From a virus (Duplodnaviria; Heunggongvirae; Uroviricota; Caudoviricetes): 58,548 bases of DNA. Of the stretch, positions 11,509-20,545 are shown in pieces. Both the position numbers and the translations under genes were made by a program. Position 1 is the stretch's first letter; every line of letters starts with the position of its first letter. The DNA lies in IMG/VR virus record IMGVR_UViG_3300031555_007106, one strand, 5' to 3'. The notes beneath the pieces were generated by a model. It saw only the letters and a list, made by a program, of their open reading frames with translations, was not told where the DNA came from and did not search any database.

Positions 11509-14500
11509 TCAAAAATCAACACTTAAAGGAGCTACAAGTTTACACTTATAGCCTTCCTTTTCCAGATATTCGATAGCAGCATCCACGATTTCATCGGTAC
11601 TGAAACACTCGTCGTTTTTTATAGCCTCGGCTTTACGCTCATCTACTATCTTTCTAAGTGTTTCGATAACGCTATGTGTGAGTTCCTTTTCGCCTTCAAT
11701 TTCATAAAGCATTACAGCGTCAGAACCTTCGCCGTCAACATCATGTTCAGTAAATTCAATTAAATCTCTCATTGTTTTCTCCTTTCAGGCAGTATGTTTT
11801 AAATTTTCCAAAATTTCATTAAGTTTTTCAAGATATTCAGTAAGAACTTTTATGTTTTCATAATGAATATTCTCTGCCTTAGCCCAAATTCTTTCGTTTT
11901 CGATTGTCCCTTTTACCTCTTCAATCTCTTCTAACACCTTTTCTTTTGTAGGTGTTCCCAGCTTTTCAAGCCAAATCTTTATAGTTTCGTTCATCTTTTT
12001 CACTGTTCCTTTCGTTTTTATTATTCAGATAATTCTCTCGCCTCTTCTTCGGTAAAGCCATGCCCTGTCCAAAAGTTTATGTTGCTTCTATCATCGGAGC
12101 ACACATGGTCATAAACCCATTCGATAAGGTTTTCGAGATAATTTTTCTTTGAACCGAACATTTCAATGATATCGTCGTCCTCAGTTGTCAACCAGTCTTC
12201 TTCAGGAGCGACAAGAGTCATCCATTCTTCTAACTCCCTAATCATATTGTCAATTCTTTCTTCGGTCCATTCACTTAAATCCATATTGCATATTCCTTTC
12301 TTGTTTCTTTTTTTTAAATCGTATTCTTATATTCGTCTCTCTTTATTCAGACATTCTTTCTTTGAGTTCTTCTAAGAGATGCTCATTAGAAACGTTCTCC
12401 AAAGCATTATATTCTATCGGTAAAATAACGCGATACACTTCATAATCGACGCCATCAATTGTGTCTCCGTCTACGTCATCAAGAATACAGCTGTCATTTT
12501 CGATAAACATATTGTTCTGAAATTCTATCTTTGCTAATCGTCTACCACGTTCATTTTGTAAATGAATAATTTTACCGCTATTGTAATTCTTTTGGTATAA
12601 CTCAAATTGCATTTTAGCTGTCTGTAAAATAATATCCAAAGCTTTAGTCATATGTGGTCTTGGTTTATAATCACCTTCACTATGACCTAACTCTATTTGT
12701 CTTTCAACAATCTCAACGGCTTCATCAAAAGACATGGCATTAATTTCTTCTATTGTAGAATGTAACCAATCTTTCATATTTAATTCTCCTCTTTCTATCG
12801 TATTCCCATCATACAATCTCAAAACTGCCGTTTATCAACCTTCCTCTTATCTGAGCCTTCGTATATTTCCATTTGCAATCGTTGCAGTCGCAGGTTACAT
12901 CATATCCCTGCTCTGTCTCTTTTGCATGATATAAAATATCAAAGGAATTGACATTTGACCTAAAATCAAACTCCTTAGGAAGATTGTTTAAAACATATTC
13001 TTTGTCTACCATATTATCATTTCCTTTCTGTAATTAAAAATCAAGCCTTAAATTGCCTCCGCATTTACAACGATAAGCTGATGGATATTTGGTAACATTG
13101 CAATTTCTTGTATATGCAGTTATTTCTCCGCATTTTACACATGTGACTTGATGTTTAATTGTTTTCAAATTTTGCACAACTAAACCTTTTTCTTCTGCCG
13201 AATTCGTTCGTTTTATTTGAAGTCCATAAAAGTTATTAACCTCAGCTACGAGTCGTTTCCACTCAGGACCATGATTCTGACAACCCTTACAGGTGTGTAG
13301 TAATTCATGCAACAGCGTTTCTATTAACGCTTCTTCCGGATTTTGTTCATCAAGAAGGTCTGCATTTATATTAATGTAATGTCCTTTAGGAGTATGCTTG
13401 CATTGTCCCCAGCGTTTTGCGGCCGTTGTATTAACTTCAAAACCTAAAACAGTTCCACATTCAATGTTTATTAATTCGAGCATTAACATACACTTTTGAG
13501 CATACTTGTTCAAATCTCTCATACTATACACCTCTTCTTAATCCCAATTAGGTTTCCAACCCTGTAACCGCTCATCAATTGTTACCCGACAATCCTCTCT
13601 GGGCTGCGTAGTATCAATTAATGCATACTTATAGCCGTTGTGACTCTCAAATTTCATCTGATTTTGATTAGGAAGTTCAATGCCTGTTTTTTCTTTAATC
13701 TTAGAACGAAGGGATGTATACGACTCGCAATGCGGTAAATTGATTTTTTCGCCATCTATATACAAATTTGCATAACAGCTTTTAGAATTTAGGACAATTA
13801 TGTCGCAACACCATTTCCCCGGTCCCTGAATTACATTAACGATATAATCGTCACCATCGTAAGAAATCCACCATTCTCCAAAAAATATTGAATCAGGAGG
13901 TGTACATTCGAGTTCGCCGCTCTCTTTGTTAAACAACACAGCTTCAGTCCAAGGCTTTTCATTGTCCGTACCGCAAATTTTGATATCCATTTCATACCCA
14001 TTATCGAATTTTACAGTTTCGGAATAGGTATCGTTTTCACCCATCATATCTGTAGAGCGAAGAACTTTTTCATAAAAATCTGCTGTTTTACGGCCAATAA
14101 CCAACATCTTTTCAAATCTCATAATTACTCCTTTTCTTATTTCCCATATTTAGCCCTGAAGAATGGCTGATAACAATCTTCAAACTCGCCTTCAAGCCAC
14201 TCTTCAAACGAGTCATAAATTTTGCCGTCAAAGCCTACTTCTTCCCACTTAGAGATTATTTCATCGATTTCTCCTACAAGCCCTATGCGTTCTGCATATT
14301 TCATAGCGGAAGAAATCGCATCTGTAAGTGTGTATCCGTGTTTTGCAAGCCATCTGAACTTATATTCTTCATATAACTGGCGTTCAGTTTTCTGAAGAGG
14401 TTCCTCATAAGACACATTGATGTCAAAATTCCACAGATATCTGGTTATAGAGTCAAGCGACTCATCAAGTGTATGTACTATGCCATTTGAGGTACAATAA

Positions 14501-14721
14501 CCGATATATGCAGGATATGCATGAGGAGGATTAAGAAAAACTTTAAGTGCTTTTCCGATATAGCAATACTCCTCAAAATTTTCTGCTTTATACCAATCAT
14601 AACCCTCTGTTACCGCATTATAGCGATTGACCAAAGGCAAAACAGAAAAATCCTGCTTATATTTTTCTATTTCTCTTAACTCTGTTTTGTTTTCAGTGTT
14701 CATTCTTCTTTTTCCTTTCAT
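11509..14721 (-). CDS. Module of 8 ORFs (11509-11772, 11785-12003, 12021-12284, 12343-~12777, 12809-13012, 13034-13531, 13538-14122, 14137-~14703)
   Basis: Packed minus-strand ORFs with RBSs downstream of cassette copy 5. Confidence 0.75.
13034..13531 (-). CDS. SprT-like zinc metalloprotease with C-terminal zinc ribbon
   Basis: RWGQC, LHELLH (HExxH), HGPEWK, then CxxC...CxC. Confidence 0.85.
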   Translation of the reverse strand: MYSMRDLNKYAQKCMLMLELINIECGTVLGFEVNTTAAKRWGQCKHTPKGHYININADLLDEQNPEEALIETLLHELLHTCKGCQNHGPEWKRLVAEVNNFYGLQIKRTNSAEEKGLVVQNLKTIKHQVTCVKCGEITAYTRNCNVTKYPSAYRCKCGGNLRLDF

Positions 14722-14949
14722 TAAAATAATAGCAATTCTTTAAAAACTCCTATCGTCAGTAAAATATTGCTATTAATAGTATGACGATTTTTACATAAAA
14801 CAAAAAAGCCCGCCGAAGCGGACATTTTTTGTACATAGCGTAAAGTCATATACCCGTTTTGTCACCTTTACTTATCTTATAGATAATGATATTTTTGGAA
14901 AATAAAGGCAACAAAATTTAATTAACACGATATAAAATATTACCGTGTA

Positions 14950-15024
14950 TGGAGCAAGCAACGGGAATTGAACCCGCATTTCCTGCTTGGGAAGCAGATG
15001 TATTGACCATTATACGATACTTGC
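14950..15024 (-). tRNA. tRNA-Gly(CCC)
   Basis: GCAAGTA acceptor, TCTGC-TTCCCAA-GCAGG anticodon arm, GGTTCAATTCC T-loop, encoded CCA; 75 nt. Confidence 0.92.
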
Positions 15025-15049
15025 ATACCTTGCTATATTGTAAATTCGG

Positions 15050-15281
15050 CTTTACTATAGTGTAAATTCATACACCCCTAAAACCCAATATATGAGAGTG
15101 TTACAGCACTCCCAGCTTTACTATAGTGTAAATTCATACACCCCTAAATCTAATACATATCTTCGAGAATATTGTTCATTACTTTAGAATAGTGCAAATT
15201 CATACACCCCTAAAGTCCTTCAAAAGAAGATGTTGATATAATCAAACTTTAGAATAGTGTAAATTCATACACCTCTAAAGC
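15050..15281 (-). CRISPR. Mini-array A: 4 repeats, 3 spacers (30/31/31 nt), plus a repeat remnant at ~15030-15047
   Basis: 35-nt repeat, sense GCTTTAGAGGTGTATGAATTTACACTAT(AG/TC)TAAAG, at 15050, 15116, 15182 and 15247. Confidence 0.93.
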
Positions 15282-15441
15282 CTCAAATTCAGTTTTACAG
15301 TGTATGTTACACGTATAATCTCGTACGGACTACTAAGTACGAGGTTTTCTGACCTATAAAGGCCAACCTTTGCAAGAGTGGAACTCCGGCGTTAATAAAC
15401 GTCTTACAGGTCCTTCTCGCTCTAAGGGTGCAAAGCCACCC
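15282..15441 (-). ncRNA. tracrRNA-like element A (Cas12f type), fused to array A
   Basis: ~160-nt sequence conserved in six copies. 5' hairpin GGGTG-GCTTTG-CACCC, anti-repeat near the 3' end, ends ATTTGAG at the first repeat. Confidence 0.82.
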
Positions 15442-15464
15442 CGACTACGACTTTATGCCGCTAT

Positions 15465-15540
15465 TGGTTGGGATAGTGGGATTTGAACCCACAAAATCCT
15501 TATCATAACAACAAAACAAAATTATTATAACAGTATCCCA
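15465..15540 (-). pseudogene. tRNA-like element: intact acceptor stem, T-arm and CCA, with D/anticodon arms replaced by one AT-rich hairpin
   Basis: TGGGATA...GTGGG-TTCAAAT-CCCAC-TATCCCA-A-CCA; 76 nt. Confidence 0.75.
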
Positions 15541-15591
15541 ATATAATTTTTTGTTTATCTGCTAATGTTTTTCATCTTCATACTATATATT

Positions 15592-15713
15592 CTTTTACCT
15601 ATTCAGTATCTATACGGTCTACTATGTATAGAGTTAACCTTTGCAAGAGGATTTTTCAGCGTTTAAATAACGTCTTACGAAAATTGCCTCGCTCTGAGGG
15701 TGCAAAGCCACCC
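15592..15713 (-). ncRNA. Divergent, shortened tracrRNA-like copy with no array
   Basis: Keeps GGGTGGCTTTGCACCC, GAGCGAG, GTAAGACGTT and CTCTTGCAAAGG. Compensatory stem CTATAC/GTATAG. Lacks the anti-repeat. Confidence 0.7.
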
Positions 15714-15771
15714 ATAATTTATTCTACTTTATTATGCTTGCTTTACTACATTTGGAGAGTTATATTGCCCG

Positions 15772-16002
15772 CTTTACTATAGTGTAAATCCATATACCTC
15801 TAAAGCCCCTGAGGATAAACAAATAAGGGACGCATTACTTTAGAATAGTGTAAATTCATACACTTCTAAAGCGAATCCCCGATTTTCCGCTTTGTTATCG
15901 CTCTTTAGAATAGTGTAAATTCATACACCTCTAAAGCTGATGGGTAGTCAGCAATCCAATTGCCATACTTTAGAATAGTGTAAATCCATACGCCTCTAAA
16001 GC
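15772..16002 (-). CRISPR. Mini-array B: 4 repeats, 3 spacers (30/30/31 nt)
   Basis: Repeats at 15772, 15838, 15903 and 15968. Confidence 0.93.
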
Positions 16003-16162
16003 CTCAAATTCAGTTTTACAGTGTATGTTACACGTATAATCTCGTACGGACTACTAAGTACGAGGTTTTCTGACCTATAAAGGCCAACCTTTGCAAGAGT
16101 GGAACTCCGGCGTTAGCAAACGTCTTACGGGTCCTTCTCGCTCTGAGGGTGCAAAGCCACCC
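16003..16162 (-). ncRNA. tracrRNA-like element B
   Basis: Near-identical to element A; abuts the first repeat via ATTTGAG. Confidence 0.82.
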
Positions 16163-16185
16163 CGACTACGGCTTTATGCCGCTAT

Positions 16186-16372
16186 TGGTTGGAACAGCAG
16201 GTAGTAACCCTATATGTTCCAATATAAGAGAATGCTAACCACTCAGGTGAAAAAAAGGTGTGTTATGATACCTTATCAAGACCTGCCAAAGACATTCTCA
16301 TGCGACACCCTATGTGCCGCTTCCAAGCATAAATAGGAGCGTTGGCTACCCAACAGCAAAGTTAAACTATGC
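16186..16372 (-). ncRNA. Unrecognised structured RNA ending in a CCA-tipped minihelix (copy 1 of 3)
   Basis: Homologous to 53891-54066 and 57957-58155, with compensatory stem changes. Confidence 0.65.
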
Positions 16373-16465
16373 GAACTCGTATTAAACTTTGGTTTCAATG
16401 TGATTTCATAAAAAAACAATCACAAGTATTATAATAGTGCAAGCATTACAATACTTTTGTTGCAC

Positions 16466-16530
16466 ATATATAGTATGATAGAAAAAAATGTAAAAAAATA
16501 AACTTTTTCTTTTCATACACACATTTTTCT
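16466..16530 (-). promoter_or_regulatory. Extended promoter shared with the dCas12f gene and array E
   Basis: GTGTGT.....AAAAAGTTTAT-T-rich-TCATACTATAT; also at 21923-21990 (-) and 53736-53800 (+). Confidence 0.7.
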
Positions 16531-16533
16531 GTT

Positions 16534-16908
16534 TTACGATACATCGTCAGAAAGCACATAAGTATTTCCGTCAACTATAACAATTGGAACAGCTGTCGTA
16601 CTCTGTGTGACAGTATTTTCTTCACATACTTCTTCTGAAGTTTCAGTTTCTGTTTCTTTAGCTGATGTTGTTGCGATTTCTTCGCTAATGGTTGTTGATG
16701 TTGAATCAGTCAACAATCCCCCGGATGAAGTAGCATCTTCGTATAACGAGCGTATATAAGGAAAACAAAAAGTAATAATAAGGAAGATACATATTGCAAA
16801 CACAAGCATTGTAATTGCTATTTTGAGAACATCTTTTTGTTCTCCCAGTAGTATACCAAATAACACAACAACTACTGCCAAAACTCCCAAACCAATAAGA
16901 AATATCAT
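16534..16908 (-). CDS. Membrane protein with two N-terminal TM helices and a Thr/Glu-rich tail
   Basis: Hydrophobic segments followed by a low-complexity T/S/E region; RBS present. Confidence 0.7.
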   Translation of the reverse strand: MIFLIGLGVLAVVVVLFGILLGEQKDVLKIAITMLVFAICIFLIITFCFPYIRSLYEDATSSGGLLTDSTSTTISEEIATTSAKETETETSEEVCEENTVTQSTTAVPIVIVDGNTYVLSDDVS

Positions 16909-16919
16909 TTCTTCCTCCT

Positions 16920-18044
16920 TTAAATGGTTGTTGTTATTCCATTTACAGTTATATTGTCATCATCTATATCAACGACAATACACTTTCTTCCACCAACAGT
17001 TGCTACTCTCACTTTATTTGTTCCTGATTTTTTTATAGTAATTGTGACATCATCTATATTTACAACGGTTTTGGTTTCAATTAAATTAGTCGCGGTTAGT
17101 TCATTGTCACCAACGATTTCTTCATAAAGATTTGCAACTTCTTCAATTTTTTCATCCTTTACTCCAACTTTTTCGAGCATAGAACAAAGTTTATCGCCAT
17201 TAATAGTTGCAGGTTCCGCAGAATTTGGCTGCTTAGAAACAGAGTCTTCTATTTTCTCATTAAGCTGTGTAACAATTGTATAATCAAGGTCTTCTCCAAT
17301 CGCATCAGTTAGAATCTGTGCAAAAGCCATTTTCTCACCTTCCGCAGTCATTCTAAAAGAACAACCAAGAACATCTTCTACAATCGAACGATTAGGCTCT
17401 TTAGGTTTAGATGTATAGCAAAGCACCTGATTCACGTCCGGTTCACCATCGGTAAGCACAGGAAAAAGAATAGCGTCTGTAGGTCCTTTTGCAACCAAAC
17501 GGTCACTCTTGGGTCTCTTGCATATCTTATTGCTATCTTTGTCAACCATTAATGAGTCATCACAGTATGTAACCGGACAAATTACAGTAAGCAAGAAATC
17601 ATAATCTGTTGTATTATCCGTCTTTTCATCGTTCTTATCTTTAATAAATAAGGTATAGGTGCAGTGAGCTACAAACACGGTAAAAGCCTGATTATAATTA
17701 ATATTCTCTGTAATTCTGTTTAACAATCTTTCGTTACACTCCGAATCAGATAGTTTACCCTTATATACCTTATATAATACACTCTGAGAACCTGTTTCGT
17801 CATACATAGCCTTAGGAAAAGAATATTCCATAAGGTTCTTTCCAAGTGTTCCGCTTATTCCTTTCTTAAGCGTTTCAAGTATCAATTCCTTATCATCTTC
17901 CGGAATTACCCCAAACAGTTTAACGTCCTTGCTGACAACATTCTTCTTAGCATCAACAAACGCAGAAAGGACATTGTTGATAACAAAAAAGCCACTTTCT
18001 TCGTTAAAATTCTTTCTTAATGATGTTATTTCTTTCTTATTCAT
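16920..18044 (-). CDS. DUF4317 family protein
   Basis: Start MNKKEITSLRK; motifs FPVLTDGEPDVNQVLCY and MTAEGEKMAF resemble clostridial DUF4317 proteins. Start moved to 18044 based on the RBS. Confidence 0.75.
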   Translation of the reverse strand: MNKKEITSLRKNFNEESGFFVINNVLSAFVDAKKNVVSKDVKLFGVIPEDDKELILETLKKGISGTLGKNLMEYSFPKAMYDETGSQSVLYKVYKGKLSDSECNERLLNRITENINYNQAFTVFVAHCTYTLFIKDKNDEKTDNTTDYDFLLTVICPVTYCDDSLMVDKDSNKICKRPKSDRLVAKGPTDAILFPVLTDGEPDVNQVLCYTSKPKEPNRSIVEDVLGCSFRMTAEGEKMAFAQILTDAIGEDLDYTIVTQLNEKIEDSVSKQPNSAEPATINGDKLCSMLEKVGVKDEKIEEVANLYEEIVGDNELTATNLIETKTVVNIDDVTITIKKSGTNKVRVATVGGRKCIVVDIDDDNITVNGITTTI

Positions 18045-18078
18045 ATTTTTCTCCTTTTTCATTATAATATTTTTCACA

Positions 18079-18223
18079 TAGGTAAATTCATACACCCCTA
18101 AAGCATATTTACGGTATAGAATGCTCGGACTGATGCTTTACTATAATGTAAATTCATACACCTCTAAAACACTATATATAGAGAGGAGTTTTACTATAGT
18201 GTAAATTTATACACCTCTAAAGC
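18079..18223 (-). CRISPR. Mini-array C: 2 full repeats and 1 partial, spacers 18 and 31 nt
   Basis: Repeats at 18189 and 18136, partial at 18079-18104 running into the DUF4317 upstream region. Confidence 0.88.
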
Positions 18224-18382
18224 CTCAAATTCAGTTTTACAGTGTATATTACACATATAGTCTCGTACGGACTACTAAGTACGAGGTTTTCTGACCGTTA
18301 TGGTCAACCTTTGCAAGAGTGGAACTCCAGCGTTAGCAAACGTCTTACGGGTCCTTCTCGCTCTGAGGGTGCAAAGCCACCC
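18224..18382 (-). ncRNA. tracrRNA-like element C
   Basis: Conserved element with variant hairpin TGACC-ATAAC-GGTCA. Confidence 0.82.
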
Positions 18383-18497
18383 TTGTCAGGTAAATCTTTT
18401 AATAATGTCACAATATATTTGGAACGAACATGTTCTAATCCTTTTTTAACGGCATCTGCTTTATTTTCAGCGTTTATAGCGTTTTCCTTGCGTATTA

Positions 18498-20531
18498 TCA
18501 GAATATTTCATCGGCAGGTATATAATTTTCATCATATATACCATCATCGTATTCGTTATTGGTTTCGTTTGTATTGGTATCATAAAATACACAAGCATGA
18601 TACCAAGTTCCGTAGCCTTCAGACTGTACTGCATACGAAACGCTAATTACGTTATGCGTTTTACAGAACTCATTTACTTCTTTTTCGAGTTCAGAAGTAT
18701 GTTTATTCTGAAATATTTTAATCTGTTTCATAATAAATCCTTTTGTTTGCTTAAGGTAATATAATGTCACAATGACCACCATAAAATGTGAGTTTGGTGC
18801 CATCTGTAAATCGCAAAATAACGCCTGAATCAGAAATTGCAGCTGTAAAAACAGTTTTACCTTCGATGGCTGCTTCCAAATCAGCAGATTCCTGCATATT
18901 TTTAAGTGCATTTTCAAGAATATCCATAATATTTCCTTTCTTATTCTTCAGGAATCAGAATTGTTTTGCCACATTTGATGTCTGCATATATCTGATTACC
19001 TTCTTCTCTTGTTACTTCATAATTGCGTTCAATACACTGTTTTGTTCCGAGATATGTTCGATATTTTGTTCTATGAACCGTTGTTATGAAGTAATACTCA
19101 ATTTTGTCTTCAGGAATATAAATTGCTTGAATTTGATTTGCTGAGCAGTTGTCACGCCTTTTGATGCAATTTTTGTTTTGATATTTGTAATAGTTGTTTT
19201 GTATCAAGATAATACAGTTTTTGAATTTGCTACTTTTTCGTCAGCTATTATGTATCCCACATCGTATATCAGCTTACTTGTTTCTGCTGAACCTATGTAT
19301 GTAGTAACTTTTGTGATAGTTATACTCTCTTTATCTTTTATTTCGCTGAATTGAGTGTTAGATAGATATAATCGTATTCGATATTTCTTTTCATCATTCG
19401 TAACAGTTTCAAGAATAGCAATATAATGATTCTTATTCTTGTAAACTTCTTCTACCGAGCATTCAATATCTTCGTATATATCTTCAAATACAGGTTCTCC
19501 TTTAAAATACTGTAAAAAAACAAAACCGCCAAATAAAAACAGAGTTACAACTGTTAAAATAGAAGCAATTTTTATAACATCCATTTTTAATTAACCTCTA
19601 TGTGTAAGTCATTATCAAGGCCATAATCCGCTATTAACACGCTTATATACTTTTATAAGAATAGAAATAGCTGCTGATATTACCGCGAGCGTAAACAACA
19701 TTAAACCCGCTTCGCTGCCTGAAATATCTGTATTAAAAATCACACTCAACGCATTAGCAACAATTATAGAAAAGCTGTTGAATGCCCACACACATCCCGC
19801 AATTATGAGAGCCAATGTTGCTAATACCACAAAAAATATAGCTAAAATAGTGCCACCCATATTACATTCTCCTTTTAAAATACTCTGTCATTTTCCGTTA
19901 ATTACCTTTTTCTACTTCCTCTAAGTAGTATTCGTATCCATTATGTTCAATCACCTTTACAGGTTCGTCGCTGCGAACATATGTATAACCATTGCGTTCT
20001 AATGTATCGGGATGGTCAATAAAACTCAAATAACCTGCATTATAACAAATATATACACCTGTTATGAATGCTACAAAGAGAACTGTGAATATAATAGCTT
20101 TTATCAATCCGTTTCCTTCAATATTCCAACTACGCCAATAAAGCACCGCCAATATAAATAAAACAGCAACGACAATAAAAATACCTAAAGCTACAAAAGT
20201 TCCTAACATAATACTTTCCTTTCTTCACCCCGGATTTCTCCGGGGATTCGTTTTGTTTTTCTTAATCTTTTCCGCAATTACAATTACTAAACATACAAAT
20301 TGCAATAACTACAGTTGATACAGCAGCTAATACAAAAAATGTGATTGAGACAGGGATATTTTCCATTTTGTAAAATCCTCCGCCAAGAACAGAAAATACA
20401 AACACTCCTAAAACAGATAACCAAAATACAGTTTCTTCAATTTCACATTTTTCCTTTTTCTGTTTACACTCAACGTAATTATTAATCGCAACTTCTTTTA
20501 CTTTCTTCTTATTCTTTTTCTTACCTTTCAT
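18498..20531 (-). CDS. Cluster of 7 small ORFs, several membrane-anchored (18498-~18733, 18751-18927, 18941-19207, 19204-19584, 19615-19860, 19898-20209, 20262-20531)
   Basis: ORF track plus a 58-aa ORF I read at 18751-18927. The last four have clear TM segments. Confidence 0.7.
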
Positions 20532-20545
20532 TTTTATTAACCTCT

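Noticed and set aside
16163-16185. CGGCTTTATGCCG resembling a Cas9 tracrRNA nexus
   Set aside because: It lies on the strand opposite to that implied by the promoters and CCA elements and is not adjacent to an anti-repeat. The structured part lies 5' of the anti-repeat, which is type V geometry.
18242-18646. Three similar ORFs (18242-18646 +, 54014-54244 -, 58103-58321 -) suggesting a protein family
   Set aside because: They are antisense translations of the conserved tracr element; starts and lengths are inconsistent and there is no RBS.
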